Below are positions 50,424-64,000 of a stretch of DNA of 64,000 nucleotides, piece by piece (positions within the stretch are counted from its first letter, which is position 1; every line of letters starts with the position of its first letter). The position numbers were made by a program, and so were the translations under genes. The DNA comes from Selaginella moellendorffii (Eukaryota > Plantae > Lycopodiophyta). Location of the stretch: positions 1 through 64,000 of the forward strand of contig NW_003314338.1 of the NCBI RefSeq assembly GCF_000143415.4, given 5' to 3'. The notes below the pieces were generated by a model. That model was not told the origin of the DNA. It saw nothing but the letters and a program-made list of their open reading frames with translations, and searched no databases.

Positions 50424-53400
50424 GGAATAATGGAAGACCAAGGTTTTATTGTAGATGGGCCGAGATCTAGAGGAACGTTAGGAGGAGGCATCGGCGGATC
50501 TGTAGGTGGTATTAACTGCTCCTGATCCCTTTCTATGAAGCGTTTCAACCATTGCACATGCACAATTAGCATAGTGCATGCATGCCAAACCTCATAAACT
50601 TGTGGTCCAACTTGTCGCAAGACCCAATACTGTCCTTTCCACTGCGCAAGGAGCCCCTTAAATAAACCACATACCGTAAGATGAGGAAAACGGACTAACA
50701 CCAAATCATCCACTTTGTACTCCATAGGTGGACGATGATGAGAGTTGTACTGCCGTTGTTGTCCCACTTGTATGTGGCTTAAGTGTTTGGCAAACTCTGC
50801 TCGGACAAGTGGAAGAATGCTCATCAAATACTGATCCCATGACCTAGCATCGGCAACTCGTGGCAATTGCGAAGTTAAACCCAAATCCATTAGTAATATT
50901 GGATCATGACCATATAGAAGTTTATATGGTGAGGCACCAACAAAACTCTACACCCCTGTGACATATGTATACCGAAGAGACGGCAAATAACCATCCCAAT
51001 CTGAATGTTAAAAGTTCACATACTTCGCAATCCCCTTGAATGTCCGAACGAGCCGTTCCACCAAACCGTCTGATTGTGGATGATAAGCACTCGTGAAAGT
51101 GTGGCGTATCCCCAACCAAGACGTCAAAACATGAAATGCCTCAGCCATAAAAGCGGGACCATTATCCGAAAGAATCCGCTTTGGACAAAAATGCTAGAAC
51201 ACCACTTGATTGAGGAGGAAGTATCCAATAGCAGTTGCAGAGGCACTAGCAAGAGCACCAACTTCCACCCAACGAGTCAAGTAGTCAGAAGCAATAATAA
51301 TATACTCATTGCTAGCAATCGACTATGGAAAAGGTCCCATAAGATCAAATGCCACCAACTCAAATGGACGGGAAACTACAATTAACTCCAACCGTCCTTC
51401 CACAGCGCGAGGGCGAGTATTACGAGCTTGGCACCAAACGCAATTACGCACATACTGGATAATATCAGGTCATCTCCAACCAATAGAAAGACCTACGCAG
51501 CTTCTCAGTTACACAATGATGTCCCATATGCCCACCTAGACCAGGAGAATCATGGTAGGCATGGAGAAACCGCAGAATAAAGATAGAAGGCACCACCAGC
51601 TGTAAATGATCATCAGGATTCATCCCCACAAAATAAAGAAGGCCGTCTTCAAGGCAATATTGAGATTGTAAATGCTGGAAAGGCAAGTCATCAGCAAGTA
51701 ATGCGGGATTCTCAAACTCATCTGGAAGCCTTCGAATCCACGGCTTAATCTTTTGAGCCTCGCGAACCTCATCAAGAGAAGGTAGATCTTGCTTTGCACC
51801 TTGTGAACATTGAACATCAAGTACAGCAACCGTTGACGACACAAAATCCCCGTCTAGAAAATCCACAAAGGGTGGAACAACAGACTCATCAGAAACATGA
51901 AAAGAGAATGGAGAAGGAAGAGGAACTCAAGAAAGGGCATCAACATCAGCCATAAAACTCCCTGGGCGATGAACAACATCAAAATCATATATTTGAAGCT
52001 TCAAAACCCATTGAGCAGTACGATCAACCAAGTTCTTCCACTTCAATAATGAAGTAACAGTAGCATGATCACCTTCAAGTAACGTCCGAGAACCATGTAG
52101 ATATATATGAAGTTTCTCAAAACCCCAAATTGCTGCTAAACACTCCTTCTCTATCGTGGAGTACTTCATTTCTGCTAGTTGTAATGTATGGCTTATATAT
52201 GCAATAGGATAGTGCTAACCAAGCACACTCGAGCTCTTTTGCATCAACACACTTCCAAGACCAATGTCAGAAGCATCCACGTGCAAAATAAAAGGTTGAG
52301 CGTAGTTAGGATATGCCAAAACCAAAGGAGTTGTCAATAGCTCTTTGAGATCCCCGAACACCCACTCACAATCCGAAGACCAGATGAAAGATGATATTGA
52401 TGACTTCAACATGGTGTAGTGCAATCAGAAAGATGATCCACAAAACGACCGAGATACTGCACCTTGCCCAAAAAGTGTTGCACATCATTCACACACTTTG
52501 GAGTAGAGAACTTTAGAACAGCCATAAGTTTGTTAGAATCAACTTGCAAACCCTCACGAGAAATACGGTACCCAAGATAAGTTGTATCCTTAGACCCAAA
52601 CACGCACTTCGACCACTTCAGCTTTAAACTAACATTGCGTAGCCGATCCAACACTTTACAAACATCACAAACGTGCTCCTCCCACGTCCCCTCCGAGTGG
52701 ATCAAGACATCATCAATGAAGTCAGCAATCACCTCCAGCATATCGCAAAGAACTTCGTCCATCATCTGTTGGAAAGTTGCTAGAGCATTTTTCAAACCAA
52801 ACGGCATCACCAAGAACTCGTACAAACCAAATGGTGTACGAAAAACAGTTTTAGGAATATCTTCTTCGGCCATCAGTACTTACCAATACCCATGAAGCAA
52901 GATTTAACTTGGTGAACCAACAACTTTGCCCCAGACCATCCAAGAGATCAGCAGTGTGAGGAAGAGGGTACAGATCTGGGATCGTCACTTTGTTTAACGG
53001 ACGATAGTCGATGCAGAAACAAATACTCCCATTAGGCTTTGTTACAAGATGAGGTTCACATGCCTAAGGACTCCGCGACTTCTGAATAACACCCTTCTCT
53101 AACATCTTCTTGACATTTGCACATAAAATCTTGATCTCCTTGGGTGACCAATGACAAACGGGAACCTTGATTGGATAAGCCTCCCTGGTTAGAATTGGAT
53201 GACGTGTGGCAATTTTGGCCCCAGATGATAGGTCAAATTCAAAAAGATCAGAATACTCCTTCATGAGCCAATCCACCGCTGCAACACAAAGATCGTCAGA
53301 GGGATCAGAAAAGGGAAGAACAAAACAAGATAGAAACATAGGAGGAAATAAATGGAAGCAGAGGTAGAAGTAGAGGGATAAAGAGGTATAAAAGTGAAAG

Positions 53401-54620
53401 GAATGGATGAAACATAAGGAAGTATAAGACAAGGGGGAGAAGCCTCAAAGTCACACTTGGCATGATTATGCTGCAACCAATCCATACCAAGAATGAGGTC
53501 AAAAGCTTGACTTGGCACCACCCGCAATGACTACAACTCAAGCTCAAAATCGCCCACACACACAACCAGATCTGCCTCATCCCGTGCACATGCATGTGTA
53601 TGGCCGTTGCCATAAAGAATGAAAACTGGTTCTACCACACGACGCAAGTGTAGACAACATGTGTCAACAGGTCGAGTAATAGAAGATAAACTCGAACCTA
53701 TATCAACCAACACAGAGAGAATAATAAGAGACCTCTTGTTATAAAAACGAGCTTGGAAAGTAAACACTGGATGAACCGGTGCCGAGTGAACCCCTTGATG
53801 ATACTCCCGAAAGAAAGATGGAGGGGTCACTAACTTATTCACGCAAGGTCCCTCCGTTACTCGCGTGACTCCTCATTTCCCGGATGCATCTTGGTGTCCA
53901 AACCTTCCACTCCAACCGCACCAATGGGACATTGCTGATGCCAAGGTCTCCACCCAGGAAATGGAGGTCACCAATCCGAAAAACGCCGACAACGCCAATA
54001 AGTATGACCAACTTTATCATATGCCCAGTAGCGAACATCACAGCCACGACCACGTCCTCGCCCTTGTCTTTGGACTCAAGCAGCAGCAGCATCAACCTCC
54101 ATTGGAACAGGACCATCACTTATAGGAAGTGGAGCTAAAGAATGTGTAGCGAGAAGTGGAAGACGTGACGTCTCATAACGTTGTGCCAAGCGAAAAGCAT
54201 TGTCAAGGGTGGCGGGAGCAAGTGCATACATAAGTCCAACAAGATCTTGATGAAGTGCTGGCCACAATATTCTTAGCTTGATCCACTCCAACATATTGGG
54301 CTCCGCACGAAGCAAAAGACTTCGGAAACAAATGCCAAATTGCATCACCAACTCAAATAGCCCTTGGCAAAGACGATGCAATTGTTGGAAGGCATCATCA
54401 CAATCGTCGGCATGGCCAAAGGCGCGTTTGAAGACGTCTGGGAGAACACTCCAATCCTCACAAGTGGCTGCACTCAAACCATTGTACCATTGCAATGCCG
54501 TCCCTTGGAGACACATGGGAAACTCATGTAAACATCGAGCATCATCCCAAGAATGATATGTGGCAATCACCGTGAAGTGATCGAATCAATGGTACACATC
54601 ATCCCTAGGATTCCCGCGAA
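50424..54620 (-). pseudogene. gag-pol pseudogene (gag, PR, RT, RH, INT in Gypsy order)
   Basis: LQGTALQWY (gag); VLVDIGSS and DLILGMDWL (PR); YEFLVMPFGLKNA and FIDDVLI (RT); VDASDIGLGSVL and YSTIEKECLA (RH); HDSPGLGGHMG (INT). Many stops and frameshifts. Confidence 0.92.
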
Positions 54621-55527
54621 AGAACTCCGGCCGAAAGCAAGGATTAGCACCAAGAAGAGGAGGAGTTGTACCACGTGCCGTAAATGCTACCATCAATTGA
54701 GTTTAGTTGTTCAATTGCAAGTGCATAACATCAAACAATTGGACCAACTGTTGCTCTAGAGTCCAAGGAGGAGATTGCTGATTTGCTATGAAGATGAACG
54801 AAAAAGAAAGAGCAAAAGAAGAGAAATGATAAAAAGTTAGAAGGAAATGAAGCTAGATCGAAACCAAAATCCTAAAAGGGAATAACAAAAGAAAAGAAAT
54901 GGAAAAAACTAGATTTAGACAATGTAAAAGCTAGAACTAAACCAAAATCCCAAATTCAAACACTCCTCAGGGACAATCAAAGGTGCCCCTCACCTCCACC
55001 AATGTGAGTGCTTGGAATATGGAAAAGGAATACAGAAAATGTGTATATCAATTAGCCCAAAAACCATAGCTTGTATACAGGAGCGAGTGATCTGGATTGA
55101 AACCAATCTGACGGTTACCAAAATCCCACTACACTAATATTAGTATACGGCATTGTAGCCATACACTTAGCCTTCATATCATATATTTACTATCTCTTTG
55201 TATTTGTTGATAACAAAAGGAATTAAATAAATTTATGCTCATCGGATTTGAACTTAGGTTAAATCAAATTAGTATTTAAAACCCCTATAAAAATAAGGTA
55301 TTGAGGCAGAAATTTATTTTTCACCTCAATTTTATTATATTTTATTAATAATTTTGATATTAATATTATTTTTTAGTATTTTAATAATTTCATCTCTTTT
55401 CTCTCAAAAATGATCTCAAACAACCAATACAAACAATAATTTCACCAAAAAACCTCAAATACATTTTAACCCTTTGAATCTTATCTTCAACTTTAACCAT
55501 TTTTAACTTTTAGGTTATTTTTGGGTT

Positions 55528-58500
55528 TCACTTTTTCCGCTGGAGGCAACTCAATTTACTGAAAAGCCCAACTTTTACTCCATCCCCTGATGTGACTGCT
55601 TTCGAATAAATGTCCTTGCAACTCTGGAAAACCTGTATAGACAGATTAATATAGACATATTAACCATACTCTGGCTAGTCTTTTACCTCTCGGACATCCT
55701 TCCTTGGAATACCTTCCCGCAGTGCTAATATTTTCTCTACCACCTCCGGCTGCCAGAAATATCAAACAGGATGACGGCCCTGGATTGTGAACAGTACTTA
55801 CAGGACAGTCAGGATGGTTCTGTAACATATTGGTGTAAGCCAGTGTGAATGCTTCCAAACTCTCAGCAGATGCAAGGTCCCGAAATTCGGCTAGCGGTTG
55901 GACTCGTTTGGCTGCCTTCTACATAAGGATGAATAGGCGTTCGTCATAACAAGATATATTGCAATATCTAGCTTACAGCGGGGCTGATATATTCTCTGAA
56001 AAAATCGGCAAGAATCTCCTCGTCTACTTTCATCCTTTCAAGCATGTCTTCTTTGATGTAGTTTCTCTGCAACACAGATGCAATTTGAGCTTTTTAAGGA
56101 AAAGAAGCAAACCTGTGTAAGGAGATGATCCACGTATATGACAATTGTCTCCTCTAGACAAGCCTCAGCAAACCTTCGAAACGATCTGTCCTCAATATAC
56201 CTGCAACACGCACATTGAAAGTCGGGTAGGTTAATCGTGTCTCACATCTTTACATCCCCAAAGTAATCGCCAAATGTTGCAACCAGGTACTCGGTCACAA
56301 GTCCTTCATGCCAATCTGCACAGACACGGATGTAAATCTACAATGTTGAACGGACTAGCAACCTTTCTGATAAAGTTTGACAAGTAGCTCCTTTACTCCA
56401 GGATCTTCAAAAATCACCCTCACGGTTTGTTGGACAGCTTCCTACGAGAATGCACTTTGTCATCGCCTCATTCTACATCATCTCCCTCCTCACCTTGGCC
56501 ACCTCAAGAAACCCTTTACAGGTGTCTTCAAAATTGACCTGACATGGTAAAACTGAGAGAAAGCGGAAGATAGATGGACTTGTACCTGTTCGGCATAGTA
56601 TGGAGCAAGTGACTCCATAATGTTGCCGCTCAATTCCAAGGAGAGATCGTGACAACGAATGTTGTTATTGACCTTCAACGCAGGATGGTGATTGAAGAGG
56701 GAAAGAAAAATGGAGTCTTTTACCATGGCACAAATGGCCTCAAGGCCGATTTCCGCCGCCGGCTCCTCAAGTCGATGCCGCTCTGCAGCCTGAAAATCGC
56801 CCATCACCTGACCAAGTACAGCATTAACAGTTGCCCGAAACGTGCTGGATGCAAACCTGTATAACGGCGAGAGCAATACGGTAAAGCATTACATCTGTGC
56901 TGTTTTCCTGGACATTCTGAACCTGCTCCCCAAGTATCCTGAACAAATCCACAGCAGCTGGGGTCCATAGCTTTCCTTGATCTGTTTTCTTCGGCGGCTG
57001 CACTTTATCCGCCTCCAGAATGTTGGTGTACCATTTCTGATACAGCACGCAAGCATGAAACAAGAGCACGCAAGGTGGTACGTTTCTTACCTGCATTGTT
57101 GATTGCATGCGATCCACATAGACATTCATTAGCGGGTCCATGGCTCCACTCTCTGCACATACTTGTGCTAAACTCTCGTCCACCCCCAAGTTTAGCAACT
57201 GCTCTTGATATTGTACAACCCAGCTGGTTACCTGCAGAAGTGCAAAGTCACTCGAAACCTCCACTCTGTAAACCGACCTTGAGAATGTCGATATTGGACA
57301 GGTCACTTGCACGGTCAGCCAAGGCCCTCAGCATCTGGATGAAGCGCTCAGTATACAGCTGCACCATCAGCAGGAAGATCTCATAGCTGTAAGTTGCAGC
57401 AGCAAAGTCTCAGCACTTGAAAATGCACGCAGCCTAGACTGTACCGAGGAGGAAAGCACGGGGCCACAAAGTCATACACGTCCGGCAGCTCCCCGCCGAT
57501 CTGCACAACGAGTTTATCGTCGCGTAACAACAAGCTGAGAGGCAGAGAGGCTCACCGCATTCGCTTCATCCAATGCAGCGCTTAGCTCTTCCTTGACAAG
57601 CTGGTCACAAAGTTATGGTTTAAGCAGCAGCTCGCATTACACTACGCGGAGAGCATACCTTGGTAAGGAGCGTATGGAACCTGTCCTCCACGGACTTGCG
57701 TATCTCGTCATAGCAGCGATCTTTGTACCCCTTGCCATTTTTAGGTGGTTGGTCTGGCTCAGACGCCACCCCGGACGCCACCGCGGACCTTGAAACAACC
57801 ATTAGCCAAACTTGGTCACGAGTTCCCGGGAACAACGTTACTTTCGAGCGGCCCTGGTGTTGGATATGAGTGCCACCGGTCCAGCTCCCTCGGCTTCAGC
57901 AGCTTCTTCGGCATGCTGCTGATCCAGCACCTCCTGCATCTCCACTACCCTGCCAACACAAGTGAGTGAGTGAGAGAAATGACAATGGGGGGCGAACCTG
58001 AGCGCACGAACGAGTGTCTGTGGGCTGCATGCAATGAAAAACATGGTGACACTGTCCGCACAGAAGCTAGAATGAACCTCTTTCGAGACAGCTGGTAGAA
58101 GTTCCTTATGTGATCCCAAAGCATTTGCTCAAACTTGTCCCGTGTCCTATTGACATCCTCAAAGTAGTCCCTGGAGAGGCACAACGTGAGAAAGACAATG
58201 TAACGAGAAGAGGAAACAATGTGTGGCTGACCGCAGTTTCTTGGCCTCCTCCTTTCTGGAAGATGCTGTCGCCAGTGCAAATCGCTTCTTGCCTTCGAGG
58301 GCCGTCAGGCTCTGTATAGTCAGAAAGAAATGCCGGCAATGTTAGCTGTGAGTGTATAGGAAGTGAAAGTTTCATGCCTCGAAAGTCGTCACGAGTTCCT
58401 TGTCGTCGTTGAGCGATGCTCTGGCTTCCGCAGCCTCGACTGAAATGGACATCATCCCCTCCACGTCCTGCGAGCAAAACGTACCGTGGGAGGAGCCTTT

Positions 58501-58998
58501 CTTTGTGTGGAGGAAGGATACACACACCTTGAGCGTTGTGTTGAGATTGTTGCGGACGTTGCTAAGGAGCTTGATAAGATCGTGGTGCTCGATGAGCGTC
58601 TGGCATTCCTGGCACAACCTGCGTCGCGCATGCATGTATCACTTTTCTAGCTTTGAACTGGATCGTGTTTCTTACTTGTCAATAACGAGGAAATTATCAG
58701 CGAGGCGAGCTATGGCGGCCTCCGAGGCGGTGAGCGCATCGATCCCGGCCTTGGCCTGCTCAACCTGTGCCATGACACTCGCACTGAGCTGCGCGTCATT
58801 CGCCTGGAGGGATCCGACCGAAGGAATGGTGCGTGGATTTAGGCGCAGGAGTGGAAATGTAACGAAGCCTACCTGCTGGCGCAAGGAGTAGTCAGTGCGG
58901 AGGATAGCGATGGAAGCGAGTGAGTCGGGATATGGCAGGAGCTTGGCAACCTCCCGCACGGCCGCCTCTTTGGCCTCCACTCCGAGCTCCTGCCACAT
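55528..58998 (-). CDS. SEC6: Exocyst complex component SEC6 (EXOC3), multi-exon
   Basis: Exon peptides: [103 protein letters not shown]. Short GT-AG introns; stop at 55528-55530. Confidence 0.93.
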
Positions 58999-59043
58999 TG
59001 CTACCTTAGGTCATTCGTTTGCTCAAGAGAGAAATACCTAGAA

Positions 59044-59340
59044 CTCGACGACGCTGCCAGCCGCGCCAACTCGCACATCCGAGCTCTACCCGGCGCTCAA
59101 GGATTCCGTGGCGCGGGACATCGGGCAGCCCATGGGCGCCGCCTAGCCGCTGGGGTGGTGGCGGTGGCGGAGTCATCGAGCTACGTGCTGCTTGGACGCG
59201 GGTGGCGAGGACGTGTACCGTGGGACTGGCCGCTCCGTGCCTCCAGCTCCAGTCGGACCTCCGCGCCTTCCTCCACTCGCTGTTCGCCCAGATGGTGGGC
59301 TTCTTCATCAGGGTGTAGCAGCAGATGAGGTGGATCAACA
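59044..59340 (+). pseudogene. SEC15: Deletion-riddled SEC15 pseudogene fragment
   Basis: Blocks match 62280-63390, e.g. GAGCTCTACCCGGCGCTCAAGG, GGGACATCGGGCAG and GCCCAGATGG.GGGCTTCTTCATC. Confidence 0.8.
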
Positions 59341-60929
59341 TACGGCCACTGGACAGCAGGTGAGATTTGAGGCTCTGAATTGAGGTTCCAAACTTGGGCC
59401 CTTGTCGTAAAAGCCAGTTTATGATTTGGAACAAGAACAGTAACAGCTGCAGAATCAGTAGCAACCTCATTCCTTGCAGCTGGAGGAATTGGACCACTTC
59501 TGTCATTGTGGAGCATGGCATAGCTTGCCTTTGTCCATCTCCACCACAAGTGGAAGTCACAAGCAACAACACTCTATGATCTTGAGCTGGATCCAGCCTT
59601 GACAGTTTCCACCTCCTTGTGGTGTATGATGAACCCATACTAGGATGTGGTTTTATGCTCACTCCAGTTATCTTTGATTCAACAACTGGAATGTGGAGTG
59701 TGAAGTCTCTTTATGTTCCTCCTGGAAGCAGTTATCCTCCTAATCCTTCTATGGGTTATGATGGTGGCCTTATAGTGCACTAGCAGGTGGGTTTCTTCGT
59801 CTTGTATTCTTGTGGTGGCTAATCAGGTGTTTAAAATATGATTTAGTGCAAGTTATGGCTCCATACGAGACGGTTAAAAGCCCATTACCACTAAGAATAT
59901 GTCGGATGGGGTAGCAAGTATGTTCGGTCAACAAACACATTTTAACTATCTAGGCACAAGCCAGTTAAGTGACACGTGGCATTTTGTTTTATTAGTTGTT
60001 TGTGCCACAAAAGCAATAATAGAAGTTCTCCACGCGAGGGTGTCACAGTAAAATGGTGCCCATTAAGGGTGGATAACACCTTCGCAGGGACCTGGAACTT
60101 AGTTGTTTTTAGGATGGAACCTGTATGCCTCCAGTGGATGATGGTATTAGGGACTGTGAGAATTTAATCCTAATAGGACCATATCATGCTGAATAAGTGG
60201 GAGAAGCCGGTAGCGTTTCAATATATTGGGAAGGTTTTGAAGAGGAAGTTGAGACCACAACCTATAGTTACTACTCATACCTGCATCTGATTCATATGAA
60301 AGGTCCACTCATTCTTGGCTATCTACCTGTGTAGAATGGGGTTGCTCAATCATAAGAGAGTGTAGGGAGTGTAGGAGGCTTGTTTCAATTGGTCTTATGC
60401 CTCCAGATGGGCACTAACAGACCCCAAAAACATGTATTATTCAGTTAAAGGGACAACTAGCACTTGTGAGGCACACACTAGATGTGAAGGAAAATGCATA
60501 TCTAAAATGCCCCAAAGAGACATGGGAAAAGCTGAATCAAGTGCTGGATGCTTATTTGTGGAACCATGGCGACAGGAGCACCTCTTCCAGAATTTTTGTC
60601 TTCATCCCATATCCGTGTGCATTCATATGCTCTGCACATGGTTGACATCAAAATATTGTGCTGTTTGCGACAGGAAATGGTTTGAGTTTTTATAAGAATG
60701 ATATTGAACACAGGAAGAAGTAAACCCTCCAGTTTATAGAATAACCACCTGTTTTCCTAGAGTAATCAGCTGCTCAATCGCAGTAGACCTGAGCCAGCCT
60801 CCGATTCTCCTCTCCCGCAGTAGCATAGCCAGCGCCTTCCATCTCCCTGCGTAAGGCCGCAAACGAGATCTTATCGATAGGCGGTGGTTCTACTCTGGCG
60901 AGTCCTTGGCAAGTAGCGCGGTGCTTAAC

Positions 60930-62177
60930 TCATCCACCCCTAAGTTTAGCAACTGCTCTTGATATTGTACAACCCAGCTCGTTACCTGTTTAGAAGTTAC
61001 TCGAAAGCTCCACAATGTACACCGACCTTGAGGATGTGGTCACTTGCACGGTCAGCCAGGGCCCTCAGCATCTGGATGAAGCACCCCGTATACAGCTGCA
61101 CCATCAGCAGGAAGATCTCATAGCTGTAAGTTGCAGCAGCAAAGTCTCAGCACTTGAAAATGCACGCAACCTAGACTGTACCACGGGGCCACAAAGTCAT
61201 ACACATCCGACAGCTCCCCGCCGATCTGCACAGCGGGTTTATATCTGCGTCAGAACAAGCTGAGAGGCAGAGAGGCTCAACGCATTCGCTTCATCCCATG
61301 CAGCGCTTGGCTCTTCCTTGACAAGCTGGTCACAAAGTTCTGGTTTGAGCAGCAGCTCGCATTAGAATACGCGGATGGTAAGGAGCGTATCGAACCTGTT
61401 CTCCACGGACTTGCGAGTGGAGATCCAGGAGGTGCTGGATCGGCAGCAGCCCGAAGAAGCTGCTTCAGCCGAGGGAGCTGGACCGGAACATCTTTCTAGA
61501 CAGTTGGTTCCTGCGTCTGATTGACATCCTCAAAGTAGTCTAAGAAAGACAATGTAACGAGGAGAGGGACCGCAGTTTCTTGGCCCCCTCCTTTCTGGAA
61601 GATGCTGTCGCCAGTGCAAATCCCTTCGAGGGCCGTCAGGCTCTGTAAGTTAGGAAGAAATCCCGGCAAAGTTAGCAGCGAGTGTATAGGAAGTGAGAGT
61701 TTCATGCCTCGAAAGTCGTCACGAGTTCTTTGTCGTCGTTGAGCGATGCTCTGGCTTCTGTAGCCCCGCCTGAAATGGACATCATCCCCTCGACGTCGTG
61801 CGAGCAAAACGCACACACACATTGAGCGTTGTGTTGAGATTGTTGCGGACTGCTGAGGAGCTTGATGAGATCGTGGTGCTCGATGATTCCTGGCACAGTC
61901 GGGCATGCACGTATCACTTTCCTCTTCGAACTGGAGATCGTCTTTCTTACTTGTCAATGAGTCAGCGAGGGGACCTATGGCGGCCTCCGAGGCTGTGAGG
62001 CCATCAACCTGTGCCATGACACTCGCACCGCACTGAGCTAGCGTGGATTTGCTTCGTTTGCTGCAACGAAGCAAACGTACCTGCTGGCGCAAGGAGCAGG
62101 ATGGCGATGGAAGCGAATAGGGCAGGAGCTTCCCGCACGGGCACCTCTTTGGCCTCTACCCCGAGCTCCTGCCACAT
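60930..62177 (-). pseudogene. SEC6: SEC6 pseudogene (5' half, intron-containing, many deletions)
   Basis: Colinear with 57175-58998, with frameshifts; [11 protein letters not shown] and DVEGMMSIS are retained. Confidence 0.88.
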
Positions 62178-62212
62178 TGTTACCTTTAGGTCATTCACAG
62201 GTAGGTAGCGAG

Positions 62213-64000
62213 ATGGCCGTGGCCAAGAGGGGAGGAGGAGCAGGAGGAGGAGCGGCGGCGGCAGGGCAAGAGGACGAATCCACGACGCTGGCATCCGCGA
62301 TTGGCAATGGTGAGGATCTGGGCACTTTGATCCGCGCGGCATTCGAGATTGGACGGCCGGAGGCCCTGCTCCAGCAGCTCAAGGGCTTCGTCAAGAGCAA
62401 GGAGGGCGAGATCGAGGAGCTGTGCCGGGTGCACTACGAGGAGTTTATCCGCGCGGTGGACGAGCTGCGCAACGTGCTCGTCGACGCCGAGGAGCTCAAG
62501 AAGCGCCTCGCCGACGACAATGCGCAGATGCAAGAGGTGGGAAGATCGCTGCTGAGCTGCCTCGAGGAGCTCATCCAGTGGCACGCCACCCGTGCCAACG
62601 TAGCGGCCGCGGTGGAGGCGCTGCTCCACTGCAGCGGCGCCGTGGAGGCGTGCAGCCGCGTCAACTCTCACGTCGAGCGCGACGAGCTCTACCCGGCGCT
62701 CAAGGCAGTGGACTGCGTGGAGCGCGACTACTTGCAGCAGCGCAAGATGCCCGCCACCGCGCTGGCCAGCGCGCTGGAGCAGCACATCCCGCGCTTCCGG
62801 GGCTACGTGGAAAAGAAGGTGAGCGCGGAGTTTAGCGACTGGCTGGTGGACATCCGCGGGGTGGCACGGGACATCGGGCAGCTGTCCATGGGTGCCGCCT
62901 CAAGCGCTCGGCAGCGGGAGGAGGAGATGCGGGGGCGGCAGCGGCAGGCCGAGGAGCAGAGCCGCTGGGGTGGCGGCGGCGGGGGTGGCGGCGGAGGTGA
63001 CCAGGAGCTGCAGTCGTCGTGCTACGTGCTGCTGGTGGACGCGAGTGGCGAGGAAGAGGAGGAAGCCGAGGTGGCCAAGCGCTTACAACTGACGCCCGTG
63101 TACCGTGCGCACTACATCCACGAGTGCCTGGGCCTGGGCGCTCACTTCCGTGCCTACTATCTTGACAACCGGCGTCTCCAGCTCCAGTCTGACCTCCATC
63201 TCCCGCCGGGGCCATTCCTCGAGTGCCACCAGTCGCTCTTTGCCCAGATGGCGGGCTTCTTCATCGTTGAGGAGCGGGTGGCGCGCACCGCCGGCGGCCT
63301 GGTGGATGCCTTGGCGGTGGAGTCGCTGTGGGACACGGCGGTGACGCGCATGGCGTCGCTGGTGGAGGAGCAGCTGATGCGAATGCCGGGGGCCAACCAC
63401 ATTCTGCTCGTGGTGGACAACGCCAGCCTGCTGGCGGCGACGCTGCGCAGCTATGGCTACAACGTGGCGCCGCTGCTCGAGGCGCTGGACCGGTGCCGCG
63501 AGCGCTACCACGAGCTGCTGCTAGCGGAGCGGCGGGCCTCGGTGCACGACGTCCTCGCCAACGACAAGTTCGAGCAGATGCTGCTGCGCAAGGAGTACGA
63601 GTATGGTATGCACGTAACCGCGTTTGGACTGCAGGCCAGCGACGCCACCCCGGCGTTCCCATACGTGGCGCCCTTCTCCGCCAGCGTCCCCAACCTGTGC
63701 CGCATCGTTCGCTCCTTCACGGACGACTCGGTCAGCTTCCTGTCGCACGCCGGCGGCGCGACCGACTACTACGACGCGGTCCGCCAGTACACGGACCGGC
63801 TGCTGTCGACGAGCGTGGCGGAGGCGCTGCTCCGCCTGGTGCGCAGCCCGACCCTGGGCATGTCCCAGGCCATGCAGCTGGCCGCCAACCTCACCGTGCT
63901 GGAGCGCGCATGCGACTTCTTCGCGGCGCACATTGCTCGCAGCTGCGGCGTGCCGCCGCGCCTGGCCGCCCCGCTGCAGTCGCGGGCGGTGCTCCGCAGC
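62213..64000 (+). CDS. SEC15: Exocyst complex component SEC15 (EXOC6), GC-rich single ORF running off the window
   Basis: [98 protein letters not shown]. Absent from the ORF track because there is no stop inside the window. Confidence 0.93.
   Translation, partial: MAVAKRGGGAGGGAAAAGQEDESTTLASAIGNGEDLGTLIRAAFEIGRPEALLQQLKGFVKSKEGEIEELCRVHYEEFIRAVDELRNVLVDAEELKKRLADDNAQMQEVGRSLLSCLEELIQWHATRANVAAAVEALLHCSGAVEACSRVNSHVERDELYPALKAVDCVERDYLQQRKMPATALASALEQHIPRFRGYVEKKVSAEFSDWLVDIRGVARDIGQLSMGAASSARQREEEMRGRQRQAEEQSRWGGGGGGGGGGDQELQSSCYVLLVDASGEEEEEAEVAKRLQLTPVYRAHYIHECLGLGAHFRAYYLDNRRLQLQSDLHLPPGPFLECHQSLFAQMAGFFIVEERVARTAGGLVDALAVESLWDTAVTRMASLVEEQLMRMPGANHILLVVDNASLLAATLRSYGYNVAPLLEALDRCRERYHELLLAERRASVHDVLANDKFEQMLLRKEYEYGMHVTAFGLQASDATPAFPYVAPFSASVPNLCRIVRSFTDDSVSFLSHAGGATDYYDAVRQYTDRLLSTSVAEALLRLVRSPTLGMSQAMQLAANLTVLERACDFFAAHIARSCGVPPRLAAPLQSRAVLRS

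Larger units (their letters stand above)
40066..55178 (-). mobile_element. Decayed full-length Ty3/Gypsy element with ~180-bp LTRs (5' LTR 55003-55178; 3' LTR split 40066-40221 + 50389-50408)
   Basis: The LTR pair aligns. TCAT 4-bp TSD; PBS TGGTGGAGGTGAGGGG (54986-55001, tRNA-Ala-like); PPT GAGAGGAGGGGATGA (50409-50423). Confidence 0.85.

Noticed and set aside
59400-59780. Possible F-box/kelch fragment (FHLLVVY..VIFDSTTGMW)
   Set aside because: Too short and disrupted to support.
62195-63931. ORF-track entries over the SEC15 region
   Set aside because: Shadow ORFs of the GC-rich SEC15 frame starting at 62213.

Overview
Plant nuclear DNA, most likely a lycophyte such as Selaginella (inferred from ~50-60 bp introns, 5S linked to 45S rDNA and TTTAGGG repeats). 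Bases ~865-12660 hold one minus-strand rDNA unit: Pol I promoter at ~11839, 5'ETS, 18S, ITS1, then a 5.8S/26S fusion with ITS2 deleted, 241-bp spacer repeats and a divergent linked 5S gene. Many copies of one ~1.7-1.8 kb LTR family (TGTGAGAC...CTTACA) surround and follow it, nested in each other and in the IGS. These LTRs carry a spacing-conserved copy of the rDNA Pol I promoter. Inside one LTR sits a 12.4-kb TIR transposon (24-bp TIR, GCAT TSD). It encodes a Sola-like transposase and a divergent multi-exon ParB-like/MTase-like/FCP1-like gene, and carries ~21 dispersed copies of a 22-bp palindrome. The rest holds a MULE/SWIM pseudogene, an orphan 26S fragment, decayed Ty3/Gypsy elements, and a duplicated head-to-head SEC6/SEC15 exocyst pair with reciprocal pseudogenisation. 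All family calls are by motif recognition; no searches were run.
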